NCBI GenBank assembly: GCA_903892635.1
Contig: CAITJH010000044.1
Coordinates: 2,108-66,107, forward strand
Direction: 5' to 3'
Length of the DNA: 64,000 nucleotides
Origin: an uncultured Actinomycetes bacterium
GTDB lineage: Bacteria; Actinomycetota; Actinomycetes; S36-B12; UBA5976
Below are positions 19,198-27,995 of this stretch, piece by piece (positions within the stretch are counted from its first letter, which is position 1; each line of letters opens with the position of its first letter). The notes below the pieces were generated by a model. That model was not told where the DNA came from. It saw only the letters and a list, made by a program, of their open reading frames with translations, and ran no database searches. A program made the position numbers and the translations under genes.

Positions 19198-19941
19198 CTA
19201 TTCGCCGACAGCGCGCTTTTCACGAACAATGTCATTCGAAGCATTAGCTGCAAGCGCTGCACGCCGCGCTTTTTCCATTGCCAATGCTCGGGCTTCTTCC
19301 AGACGTTGCTGTGCCTGACGAATTCGTTCGGCTCGCTCGTCACGAAGAATTGCTGCCTGCTCAAGCATTTCTTGAGACGTCCACGGCTTATCAGATTCGA
19401 TTCCTCGGGTGTAGGTCGTCGCGCGATCTGCCGTGACATACGAAGGAAGCGGTGACTCCACAGGTTTCCATGTACGAGGTGCAGTTGATCGTGCTGCAAC
19501 AACTGACTGAGACTTCGTCACAGCCGATTGCGTCGAATATGCAACTTGAGCAACTTGCGGTGCCGCCGTACGAGTTGGTACCGGACGAACCTGCCGCGAA
19601 CTTTGTTGGCGTGCTGCCGAGGCGGCAAGTCCAACAAAGCCTAAATTAAGTGCAACGGGAACTACAACCCAGAACAGTGAAATTGATCCAGTCAAACCCG
19701 CAACTGTTGTTGCAATCAAAGACGTCAACAACACCATGAAAACTCTGCGTCGACGAATGAACGCTTTTTGTTTGGCTGTGGGCGCTTCGCGATGTGCCCA
19801 GTGCCACTTAGGCTGCTGAATCGAACCTTCATCAGCAATCAATTCTGTTTCCAGTTGTTCTCGATCGTGATTCTTTAAATAGATCGGAACAAAGACCAGT
19901 CCCCACATTCCCACCACGATGAGATAGAGAAGACCGGTCAT
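19198..19941 (-). CDS. Conserved actinobacterial membrane protein, candidate GlpR-like divisome receptor
   Basis: 247 aa. It has one N-terminal TM helix and two central ones. The C-terminus is charged and coiled-coil-like (RAERIRQAQQRLEEARALAMEKARRAA). The functional call rests only on its position next to the GNAT and MoeA-like genes. Confidence 0.55.
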   Translation of the reverse strand: MTGLLYLIVVGMWGLVFVPIYLKNHDREQLETELIADEGSIQQPKWHWAHREAPTAKQKAFIRRRRVFMVLLTSLIATTVAGLTGSISLFWVVVPVALNLGFVGLAASAARQQSSRQVRPVPTRTAAPQVAQVAYSTQSAVTKSQSVVAARSTAPRTWKPVESPLPSYVTADRATTYTRGIESDKPWTSQEMLEQAAILRDERAERIRQAQQRLEEARALAMEKARRAALAANASNDIVREKRAVGE

Positions 19942-19988
19942 GTCTCATTACGGTACGGGCAATTCCATGGAAAACCCTGTAACCACGC

Positions 19989-20000
19989 CTTACTAGTAAG
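19989..20000. repeat. Perfect 12-bp palindrome CTTACTAGTAAG
   Basis: Read directly in the 76-nt spacer between the GNAT stop (20018) and the start of the GlpR-like gene (19941). Confidence 0.8.
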
Positions 20001-20017
20001 ACGTGTCGCGGAATCGA

Positions 20018-20611
20018 CTACTTGCTACGCAGCTGGCTAACAAGTGTTGAGGTCAGATTTTCGCTTAACAGCGAGTAGATATTGTGATCGCGCCAGTCGT
20101 GATTAATGTGTAAAAATCGCGGGCGAATTCCTTCAAAATGAAATCCCAATCGTTGAACTAAACGATTGCTCGGAAGATTCTCAGGGCGAACTGCAATTTC
20201 AACTCGGTGCAATTGCATTGGTCCGAGTAAGTAATCAGTGACCAGTGCAGCCGCAGTTGTCATGATGCCGCGATCTGAAACCGACTCATCAATCCAATAA
20301 CCAAAGTTCGCTTCGCGTAGCGCACCGTAAACAATGTTGTTGACATTAAGTTGCCCGACAAATTCACCTTTGTACTCGACAACGAATGGCATACATAGAC
20401 CTCGGCGCGCATCTTTGCGCATCCGACGTGCAACCTGACGGAAAGTCGGGGCTGGTTCTTGACTTGGAAGTGGAGCAGTCGCTTCCCATTCAGTGAGCCA
20501 TGACTCATTAGCTCGTCGCAATTCTTGCCAGCGACGACTATCCGAGGTGCGCAATGGCCGAAGTGTTACATCACCATGCGTGAGTGTGACCGGCCAATGA
20601 TCGGTACTCAC
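20018..20611 (-). CDS. GNAT family N-acetyltransferase (RimJ/RimL-like)
   Basis: 197 aa. It carries LRPLRTSDSRRWQELR and a GNAT core (NFGYWIDESVSDRGIMTTAA...NLPSNRLVQRLGFHFEG). Confidence 0.85.
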   Translation of the reverse strand: MSTDHWPVTLTHGDVTLRPLRTSDSRRWQELRRANESWLTEWEATAPLPSQEPAPTFRQVARRMRKDARRGLCMPFVVEYKGEFVGQLNVNNIVYGALREANFGYWIDESVSDRGIMTTAAALVTDYLLGPMQLHRVEIAVRPENLPSNRLVQRLGFHFEGIRPRFLHINHDWRDHNIYSLLSENLTSTLVSQLRSK

Positions 20612-21528
20612 TCCTCACCGTCATCCAAACGCATAACACTGACTCGGCTACCGCTTTTCACTTTTGTAGTTCCCGGTGGAATGACAATAAGAGCATTTGC
20701 CGTACCTAGTCCCGAGAGCGGATGGCCTTCATCTTGTTCCAGTGAACGCACCATTGTTGTGCCACCACGAGTAAAGAGTTGTGCACGAACATAGCGAGTT
20801 TCTTCTGACTCGGACTGAACATCTGTGTCGAGAGTTGCATCAATCGTCTTGTGGTGCAAAGTCGTATGACCCATGAGGCGCCGAATTAAAGGTCGCACAA
20901 AAATATCAAATGACAGCAATGCGCCAACAGGACTACCGGGCAAGACGAAAATCGGCGTTGAATCTGGGCCAATCACACCAAAGCCTTGGGCACCGCCGGG
21001 CTGCATGCCTACCCGAACAAATTCAACTTTTCCAAGTTCCCGAAGCACTGACGTCAGTAAGTCATAGTCACTTGAGGACATGCCACAGGCAGCAACAATG
21101 ATGTCGGCTCGAACAAGTTGATCCTCAAGTGCCGCGCGAACCTCGTCGGCATCACTGCGAAGTGGACCGACTCGAAAGGTCATTGCTCCTGCCGCTGTTG
21201 CTGCGGCCGTTAATGCAATCCCGTTAATGTCGGGACGAATGTCATCGCTTGACCCCGGATCTGAAAGATCACTTCCAACTGTGAGAACGACTACGCGCGG
21301 TTTTGGATGCACACTGACACGACCAAAGTTCGCGGCCGCAATGAGCGCAATATGACGAGGTGCAATCGTTGTTCCGCGCGTGAGCAATGTGTGTGTTCCA
21401 TTGTCATCACTGACGGTGATGTCTTCAGCTAATACACATCCGACGGATCCCAGTAGTCCAACTTCAAGTGGCTCACTCGCCGACACGTTGGATAAAACAA
21501 TATCGAGATGTTCCGATGCAGATCGCAT
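20608..21528 (-). CDS. MoeA/gephyrin-like protein lacking domain II (Glp-like)
   Basis: The ORF is open to 21561. The ATG at 21528 forms a TAATG overlap with the galU stop. It aligns to MoeA domains I, III and IV (VLPGSPVG matches GLPGNPVS). The FDNSAMDGYAV and TGAP segments are missing. Confidence 0.75.
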   Translation of the reverse strand: MRSASEHLDIVLSNVSASEPLEVGLLGSVGCVLAEDITVSDDNGTHTLLTRGTTIAPRHIALIAAANFGRVSVHPKPRVVVLTVGSDLSDPGSSDDIRPDINGIALTAAATAAGAMTFRVGPLRSDADEVRAALEDQLVRADIIVAACGMSSSDYDLLTSVLRELGKVEFVRVGMQPGGAQGFGVIGPDSTPIFVLPGSPVGALLSFDIFVRPLIRRLMGHTTLHHKTIDATLDTDVQSESEETRYVRAQLFTRGGTTMVRSLEQDEGHPLSGLGTANALIVIPPGTTKVKSGSRVSVMRLDDGEE

Positions 21529-22427
21529 TACTGACCACTTGCTAAATATTTCGTCAACCAAGAACGTAAGTCTGGTCCGACGTCGTCACGGTCAAGTGCA
21601 ATTTGAACGACACTCTTGAGATACGAAAGTTTGTCGCCTGTGTCATAGCGACGACCCTTGAATACCACTGCATGCACGCCACCAGCAATCGATGGATCCT
21701 TGGCAAGTTTAGCGAGAGCATCAGTCAACTGAATTTCGCCACCACGACCCGGTTCTTGCGCATCCAAAATGTCAAAAACTTGTGGCTGAAGGAGGTAGCG
21801 TCCGATGACAGCAAGGTTGCTCGGTGCTTCATCAGCGTTTGGTTTTTCGATAAGGCCGGTCACTCGTACGACACTCGGATTATCCGTTGGCTCAACCGCC
21901 GCACATCCGTAGAGATGAATGTCCTCGTCAGGCACTTCCATGAGACACAGAATTGAACCGCCATGATTATGAAAGGCTTCAATCATGCTCGGCAGAATCG
22001 GCGTCTTAGCATCGATCAAATCGTCGCCAAGCATCACGACGAATGGAGAATCTCCAACATGCGGGCGGGCCATGCTGACAGCGTGACCCAGACCTAAGGG
22101 ATTGCCTTGACGGACATAGTGAATGTGAGCCAGTTCTGCAATACGCATCAATTCGTCGTGCAGTGCGAGGGCACCCTTGTCGAGCAATGTGCGCTCAAGA
22201 TTCGGAACGCGATCAAAATGATTTTCGAGGGCATCTTTGTTACGGCCCGTCACAAAGAGTAGGTCAGTAATGCCCGCTGCGCCAGCTTCTTCAACGACAT
22301 ACTGAATCGCAGGCTTGTCGACAACAGGCAACATCTCTTTCGGAGTTGCCTTGGTCGCTGGCAAGAATCGTGTTCCGAGTCCAGCAACTGGAACGACGGC
22401 CTTCACGATTGGTCGCTTTGAAGTCAT
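21528..22427 (-). CDS. galU: UTP--glucose-1-phosphate uridylyltransferase
   Basis: 299 aa with KAVVPVAGLGTRFLPATKATPKEMLPVVDKP and VEKP-like motifs. Confidence 0.93.
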   Translation of the reverse strand: MTSKRPIVKAVVPVAGLGTRFLPATKATPKEMLPVVDKPAIQYVVEEAGAAGITDLLFVTGRNKDALENHFDRVPNLERTLLDKGALALHDELMRIAELAHIHYVRQGNPLGLGHAVSMARPHVGDSPFVVMLGDDLIDAKTPILPSMIEAFHNHGGSILCLMEVPDEDIHLYGCAAVEPTDNPSVVRVTGLIEKPNADEAPSNLAVIGRYLLQPQVFDILDAQEPGRGGEIQLTDALAKLAKDPSIAGGVHAVVFKGRRYDTGDKLSYLKSVVQIALDRDDVGPDLRSWLTKYLASGQ

Positions 22428-22496
22428 ATAACGACTTTAGAGCACATCGAGGGAAGTCTGGGGAATCGCAGGACGAGCCTTGCCTAGAGTGGACTT

Positions 22497-23069
22497 ATGG
22501 TCTTTGACACTAAACAGATGGCGCGCGAGGCTTCGTTGGAATCTCGTCACATTCGGGATCTAGATGAATTGGCTTCAGCAGAATCGGCGCTTGCAGCGCA
22601 CGACTGGGAAAGCATCATTCGGCGCGGGCGCATCACTTGTTACGTCAGTATGGATAGCGAGCCACCAACTCAGTCCCTGCGCAACCGCTTGATCGAACTC
22701 GAACGTATGCCCTACTTGCCGATCATGCAGCCAGCTCGCCAACTCGCATGGGGTCGCGATGGCGCCGAGTTACTACAAAACAACTACGGCGTGCTTGAGC
22801 CACAAGAAGATTCAACTTTCGCACTCTCGAGCGTGACAGCGATGATCATTCCAGCACTACGAGCAGGACTTGACGGCAGTCGATTAGGACGAGGAGCCGG
22901 TTATTACGACAGGGCATTGGCAACCGTGCCTCCTCATTCAGTGGGTGGACCACTTCGAATTGTTGTCGTATTTGACGATGAAGTAGACGACACTGTTCCA
23001 CACGATGAACTCGATCAGCCGATGGACATCATCGTCACTCCACTTCGAGTAATTCGCCTAACTAAATAG
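22497..23069 (+). CDS. 5-formyltetrahydrofolate cyclo-ligase
   Basis: 190 aa with the family motif LGRGAGYYDR. It sits in the conserved neighbourhood with galU. Confidence 0.85.
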   Translation: MVFDTKQMAREASLESRHIRDLDELASAESALAAHDWESIIRRGRITCYVSMDSEPPTQSLRNRLIELERMPYLPIMQPARQLAWGRDGAELLQNNYGVLEPQEDSTFALSSVTAMIIPALRAGLDGSRLGRGAGYYDRALATVPPHSVGGPLRIVVVFDDEVDDTVPHDELDQPMDIIVTPLRVIRLTK

Positions 23070-23414
23070 TCGAGAACTCAAATCAATTCCGCTCATAGCT
23101 GCGATCAATCCTGCGGCAAGCAAAATTGTTAAATAGGAAAAAGCTGCACGAATAGAGCCGGCGAAAATCCGTCGATGAAGTTGCAAACTCACGCCACTAA
23201 ATGTTGTTAGCGCTCCACACAAACCTGCACCAAGGACGATTCGCACATCATGCGGAGCATCAACAAGCAAGCCCAAAATAAATGCGCCCACCACATTTAC
23301 GATTAATGTTGCGCGTGGAAAGGCAGTTGATCCAACAGGTGGTAATCGATACTCGGTAAAGAATCGGATAACTGCACCTAAAGCAGCTGCTGCAACGAGC
23401 GCGACCACGATCAC
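23058..23414 (-). CDS. crcB: Fluoride ion channel CrcB/FluC, subunit 2
   Basis: 118 aa with 4 TM helices and the motif GALTTFSG. It has a GTGA overlap with the upstream crcB paralogue. Confidence 0.9.
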   Translation of the reverse strand: MIVVALVAAAALGAVIRFFTEYRLPPVGSTAFPRATLIVNVVGAFILGLLVDAPHDVRIVLGAGLCGALTTFSGVSLQLHRRIFAGSIRAAFSYLTILLAAGLIAAMSGIDLSSRLFS

Positions 23415-23767
23415 GATGACACGACCTTAGTTCCAATGTGAGTTGCTAGCACGCCCGCAACAAACGTTGCTGCAATGTAACTCCAAGCAACAATGCCATT
23501 GAGTTGGATGGTTTCGACGGCTAGTGCGGAGAATGTCGTAAAACCACCAAGTACACCCGTGACAAGAAAATGTCGAAGTTGCTCATTAGTCATTACTCGA
23601 GGCATAGCAGCGACGACGCCGATGATGAAAGCTCCAACTACATTTACTGCGAAAGTTGCCCAAGGCCAACTGTGAAGATCCGAGTGAGGTATAACCAGCG
23701 TGACGATATAGCGAAGCAGCGAGCCAACGACCGCGCCGGTCGCCGCGAGGGCTGCTAGCCGTTTCAT
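23411..23767 (-). CDS. crcB: Fluoride ion channel CrcB/FluC, subunit 1
   Basis: 118 aa with 4 TM helices and the motif GGFTTFSA. Its start overlaps the FmdB stop (TAATG). Confidence 0.9.
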   Translation of the reverse strand: MKRLAALAATGAVVGSLLRYIVTLVIPHSDLHSWPWATFAVNVVGAFIIGVVAAMPRVMTNEQLRHFLVTGVLGGFTTFSALAVETIQLNGIVAWSYIAATFVAGVLATHIGTKVVSS

Positions 23768-24063
23768 TAACTCGTAGCTGAAGGTGTCGTTGATGCTGGA
23801 GTTGATGGAGCTGGAGTAGCAGGCTTTGCGGCACTTGCCGAGTCCGATGAAGTCGACGCAGGTGTCGACACTGATGAACTCGCTCCACGCGAATCATTTC
23901 GGTAAAAACCAGAGCCCTTGAAAACTACGCCGACCGAGCCATAAACCTTGCGCAATGCGCTCTCGTTACAGGATGGGCAAACCGTCAGTGCATCGTCCGA
24001 GAATGACTGCACAATTTCAAGCGGTTCACCGCAAGAGTCACACACATATTGATACGTAGGCAT
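23767..24063 (-). CDS. FmdB family zinc-ribbon protein
   Basis: 98 aa. It has MPTYQYVCDSCGEPLEIVQSFSDDALTVCPSCN (CxxC...CxxC) and a Ser/Thr/Ala/Pro-rich tail. Confidence 0.85.
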   Translation of the reverse strand: MPTYQYVCDSCGEPLEIVQSFSDDALTVCPSCNESALRKVYGSVGVVFKGSGFYRNDSRGASSSVSTPASTSSDSASAAKPATPAPSTPASTTPSATS

Positions 24064-24158
24064 GTCATTCCTTTCTTCGTCGCATAGGCACTTCCGATAT
24101 CGTACCTGTGGACAACCAATAGCGAAATTTGGCTAACTCTGCATACCCTCGTTGAACT

Positions 24159-24746
24159 ATGAAGCCATCTGTCCGATTATTTCTGATTCAATATCGACGC
24201 GAAATTTCTGCATTTTGCGCGGCGCTTGCAGCCATCTTGGCGATTTCACTATTGCGGCCCCATCCTGCAGGGGCTGTGCTCGTCGCGCAACACTCGCTCG
24301 TTGCCGGACAACTTGTTACTCGGCAAGACTTCACAGAACTCCGTCTTGACCGAACCTGGCCCGATGCCATCACTGAGATGCAAGCGATCGATGGCCAACG
24401 AATTACTCATTCACTTAATGCAGGTACGCCACTGAGTTCGAGCGACCTTCTGACATCAACTACGGCGCATTTACCAACGGGAACATTAGCGGTATCCATT
24501 AATGCGGATGTTTCAGATGGAGCAGTTGCTTCGATTGGGAATCATGTCGAACTTTTCAGCGCTGATGGATCTGTGATCAGTGAAGATTCTGTTGTCTTGG
24601 CGAAATCAGAAAGTCGCAACCAAACGTCCTTCGGAGTAAGCGCTCAACACCTACCGCTTCTTGTCAGCATGAATCAACAAAACGTAAGTGCACTAGCTCA
24701 GTCTCGAAGTCACGGAGACATCACAGTTGCACTTCGCAGTAATTAG
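24159..24746 (+). CDS. SAF domain-containing protein (CpaB/RcpC-like)
   Basis: 195 aa. It has an N-terminal TM helix, then a SAF-like segment (VLVAQHSLVAGQLVTRQDFTELRL). Confidence 0.7.
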   Translation: MKPSVRLFLIQYRREISAFCAALAAILAISLLRPHPAGAVLVAQHSLVAGQLVTRQDFTELRLDRTWPDAITEMQAIDGQRITHSLNAGTPLSSSDLLTSTTAHLPTGTLAVSINADVSDGAVASIGNHVELFSADGSVISEDSVVLAKSESRNQTSFGVSAQHLPLLVSMNQQNVSALAQSRSHGDITVALRSN

Positions 24747-24925
24747 TCGTGGTGATGCGGGGGAACGTTGTCTAACAGTTCTTGATCACGCGGAGAGTTT
24801 CGGACAATGTCATCCTGCGTTTGATCGGGAGCAAGATCCAACTTCGCAAGCTGCTCGCGTAGTGCTGCCTTTGAGTCAATGTGCCCGTTAGCGCTGACGT
24901 CCTTCTCCATATCCCTATCGTGCAT
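24743..24925 (-). CDS. Small acidic hypothetical protein
   Basis: 60-aa ORF that fills the gap between two genes. It matches no family I recognise. Coding status is uncertain, and an internal ATG preceded by AGGGA is an alternative start. Confidence 0.4.
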   Translation of the reverse strand: MHDRDMEKDVSANGHIDSKAALREQLAKLDLAPDQTQDDIVRNSPRDQELLDNVPPHHHD

Positions 24926-24976
24926 CGGTTTGCAGCGGAAACCAAATTCCTTAAGGCGCTCACCTAGAATTTAGCT

Positions 24977-25846
24977 ATGGAGATGCTGCCTGCCGCTGTG
25001 TGGAAGGCCTTACGTGACCAGCATTTCGAAACTGTTGATCCATGGATTCAACCTCGGCTCGATCGTCGTTCACGCAATGAAAAACATCCAGTCGATGATT
25101 TCTTGTTTGATTATTACCCCATCAGTGCAAAAAAATTACGTTCATGGAATCCGGCATTCGGCATTTCACTCGAGGCCAACGAATCTGATCTCGAAGAATT
25201 TAATGCAAAAAATTATTTCTTTCATGACGGATGTATTTCACTTAGGCCAGACTGGCTCGACAATAACAAGGAGAAGATCAACCACATTTATCTCCTACTA
25301 CGCGGTACTGAGTCGCGACCAGTGCGCAATGGTTGCTTTGGACTGCACGAGTGGGCCATGGTGCTAGGGCAACAGAATGTTCGACATGACTCGTGGCCTT
25401 TGCGACTCTCGCAAACAGAAATTAAGCAAACTATCGATGAACAAGGTCTTCGATGCACACACTTTGATGCCTTTAGATTTTTCACCGACGAAGCTGCTCC
25501 GCTCAATCCAATACAACTGACTCGAAATGATCAGCTCACATTCGAGCAACCAGGTTGTTTGCACGCCAACATGGACTTGTACAAACATGCATTTGCACTT
25601 GCACCAATCCTCGGTAGCGAAGTCGTTCGAGAGGCATTTGCACTTGCTCGTGAAATTCGACAAGTGGACATGCAAGTTGCTCCTTATGACTTACGCGAAT
25701 TAGGAGTGATTCCGATTCCGGTAGAAACGCCTGAAGGTCGCGCCGAATTCATGGAACGCCAAAGAGCATTCGCGCATCGTGCAACGACTATTCGCCTAGG
25801 GATCATTCGCACGATCGAGGCAATAAATGCAATTTCGGTAGGCTAG
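24977..25846 (+). CDS. Conserved actinobacterial protein of unknown function (as I recall, relatives are sometimes auto-annotated as 3-methyladenine DNA glycosylase)
   Basis: 289-aa ORF with HPVDDFLFDYYP, GLHEWAMV and CLHANMDLYKHA motifs. I recognise no experimentally defined domain. Confidence 0.7.
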   Translation: MEMLPAAVWKALRDQHFETVDPWIQPRLDRRSRNEKHPVDDFLFDYYPISAKKLRSWNPAFGISLEANESDLEEFNAKNYFFHDGCISLRPDWLDNNKEKINHIYLLLRGTESRPVRNGCFGLHEWAMVLGQQNVRHDSWPLRLSQTEIKQTIDEQGLRCTHFDAFRFFTDEAAPLNPIQLTRNDQLTFEQPGCLHANMDLYKHAFALAPILGSEVVREAFALAREIRQVDMQVAPYDLRELGVIPIPVETPEGRAEFMERQRAFAHRATTIRLGIIRTIEAINAISVG

Positions 25847-25850
25847 GGCC

Positions 25851-27041
25851 ATGTCTCGACGCCGAATAGATCCAACGCCATCGCCCGAATCATCTCGTCG
25901 CAGCGCCGGTGGTTCCCGTCGAGCAACTCCAGCCACAATTCAGCCACCGCATGGCGGCGGCATGTTCTCAAATAGTGACCGCACACTCTTGGCTATTGCT
26001 ACGTCCGCAACGATTGCAGCTGGTGTTTTCCATAGTTCGAACGGGCCAGTTGTTGCCTTCATCGTGGCAGGAATTGCACTTGCATCACTCGCAAGTTTGG
26101 TCGGTCGCTGCGTCGAAGCAATCGGCGACAAGTTGGGGCCAGGGCCTACAGGTGTCTTGCAATCGTTCTTAGCTAATCTTCCAGAAATCTTCGTCATCAT
26201 GTTTTCGCTTAAGGCCGGACTGTATGACGTCGTGAAAGCAACAATTGTTGGTTCTGTTTTAGCCAACGTCCTACTCGTGGCAGGTCTTGCATATCTCGTA
26301 GGTGGACTCAAGAATGGCCGACAACGATTTAGTGAAACTGCAAGTCGTCAACTTGGCTTGATGTTATTGCTCAGCGTCTCAGTACTTGCCATTCCTACAT
26401 TGACGTCGGCATTGCATACTCCTGCAGCCGACCACGAACGAGTCATTACTGTCGTGATCTCAATTGTGCTCTTGGCACTTTTCGCAGCCTCGTTGCCAGA
26501 CATTTTGCGCACAGGACAAGGTGCGACTACGTCGTCCGTCGAAGCCATGCAAGCACGAAGCGAAACGGAACACCATGGCGCGTGGTCCCTTACCCTTGGA
26601 CTGACGCTGCTCACTATTACGGCAATCGCCTCGGCCCTTGTGTCAGATTGGTTCGTCAGCGCACTGTCTCCTGCGATGGACACGTTACACATCAATCCAA
26701 CTTTTGCTGGTTTGATCATTGTTGCAATCGCAGGTAACGCAGTCGAGAACTTTGTGGGTATCCAACTGTGCGCACGGAATAAGCCTGAGTACGCACTTCA
26801 AATTGTGTTGCAGTCCCCTGTTCAAGTGGCCATGATTGTGGCGCCTCTGATTGCGCTTGCCGCGCCACTAGTCGGTGCTGCTACTTTCACGTTGACGTTA
26901 ACTCCGATGCTGCTTGCCTCGTTAATCTTGGCAACACTTGTCACCGTTGTCGTGGTTGAAGATGGTGAAACGACTTGGTTCGAGGGCGCTGCATTATTAG
27001 CGCTCTACGTGGCAATAGCCTGTGCGTTTTGGTGGGGTTAA
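25851..27041 (+). CDS. Calcium/proton exchanger (CAX/ChaA family)
   Basis: 396-aa polytopic protein. It has two alpha-repeat motifs (FLANLPEIF and GNAVENFVG). The start may be an internal Met. Confidence 0.85.
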   Translation: MSRRRIDPTPSPESSRRSAGGSRRATPATIQPPHGGGMFSNSDRTLLAIATSATIAAGVFHSSNGPVVAFIVAGIALASLASLVGRCVEAIGDKLGPGPTGVLQSFLANLPEIFVIMFSLKAGLYDVVKATIVGSVLANVLLVAGLAYLVGGLKNGRQRFSETASRQLGLMLLLSVSVLAIPTLTSALHTPAADHERVITVVISIVLLALFAASLPDILRTGQGATTSSVEAMQARSETEHHGAWSLTLGLTLLTITAIASALVSDWFVSALSPAMDTLHINPTFAGLIIVAIAGNAVENFVGIQLCARNKPEYALQIVLQSPVQVAMIVAPLIALAAPLVGAATFTLTLTPMLLASLILATLVTVVVVEDGETTWFEGAALLALYVAIACAFWWG

Positions 27042-27044
27042 TAA

Positions 27045-27995
27045 GTGATCGTCACTGATCCACAATTGGCCATTGACGCTTTAGCTCGTGGCGCATTGTG
27101 CGCAATTCCAACTGAAACTGTTTACGGTCTTGCTGCTGACGCCACAAATCCAACCGCTGTTGATCAGGTCTTTGCAGCAAAAGGACGTCCAGCAGATCAT
27201 CCGTTAATTGTGCATGTTGCATCGCTGAAGGAATCTGAGTTGTGGGTTGTGGATCTGCCTTCGTGGGCATGGACGCTGGCACAGGCTTGTTGGCCAGGAC
27301 CACTCACACTCGTCGGTAACCGAACCTCATTAGCCAGCGACAAGATCACTGGTGGACAAGACACAGTCGCAGTGCGCGTTCCCGATCATTCGCTCACACT
27401 GCAAGTTCTCCAAGGTCTTGCCGATCGAGGTATTCATGGTGTCGTAGCGCCGAGCGCAAATCTCTTTGGGCATGTTTCGCCGACTTCTGCGCAGCACGTT
27501 GCAGCAGATCTCGGCGACTACCTGAAAAAACACGATGGTTTGATACTTGATGGCGGTGCCTGCCGAGTCGGCGTTGAATCAACGATCGTCTTGGCTACAG
27601 GAGACTTTCCTGTCATTCTTCGACCCGGTGGCATCACACGAAAAATGATTACCGAAATAACAGGATTACCTACAAGTGAATCCGGTGACAACCAGCCTCG
27701 AGTTTCCGGCTCACTTGACTCACACTATGCACCTGATGCTCAGGTCTCTTTGGTCAGAAGCGACGTTGTCCAATCGCTTGATCACGGTGGACTCATTGCT
27801 TTTGCTGAAATTGCCACTCCGTCTGGGGTCACTCGATTGTCTAGTCCTACAACGATTGATGAATTCGCAAACAGTTTGTATTCAGCATTACGTGCAGCTG
27901 ATGAACAAGGGATTACAAATGTGTTCGTCGTCCCACCACAGGACGAGGGCCTTGCTGAAGCGGTACTCGATCGATTGCGTCGCGCTGCGTTTTAA
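27045..27995 (+). CDS. tsaC: L-threonylcarbamoyladenylate synthase (Sua5/YwlC type with C-terminal Sua5 domain)
   Basis: 316 aa with IPTETVYGLAADATN, GRPADHPLIVHV and SANLFG motifs. Confidence 0.9.
   Translation: MIVTDPQLAIDALARGALCAIPTETVYGLAADATNPTAVDQVFAAKGRPADHPLIVHVASLKESELWVVDLPSWAWTLAQACWPGPLTLVGNRTSLASDKITGGQDTVAVRVPDHSLTLQVLQGLADRGIHGVVAPSANLFGHVSPTSAQHVAADLGDYLKKHDGLILDGGACRVGVESTIVLATGDFPVILRPGGITRKMITEITGLPTSESGDNQPRVSGSLDSHYAPDAQVSLVRSDVVQSLDHGGLIAFAEIATPSGVTRLSSPTTIDEFANSLYSALRAADEQGITNVFVVPPQDEGLAEAVLDRLRRAAF

Noticed and set aside
24064-24158. Possible fluoride riboswitch upstream of the FmdB-crcB-crcB string.
   Set aside because: I read the coding-strand sequence and found none of the conserved crcB-motif core elements. 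A covariance-model scan is still needed for certainty.
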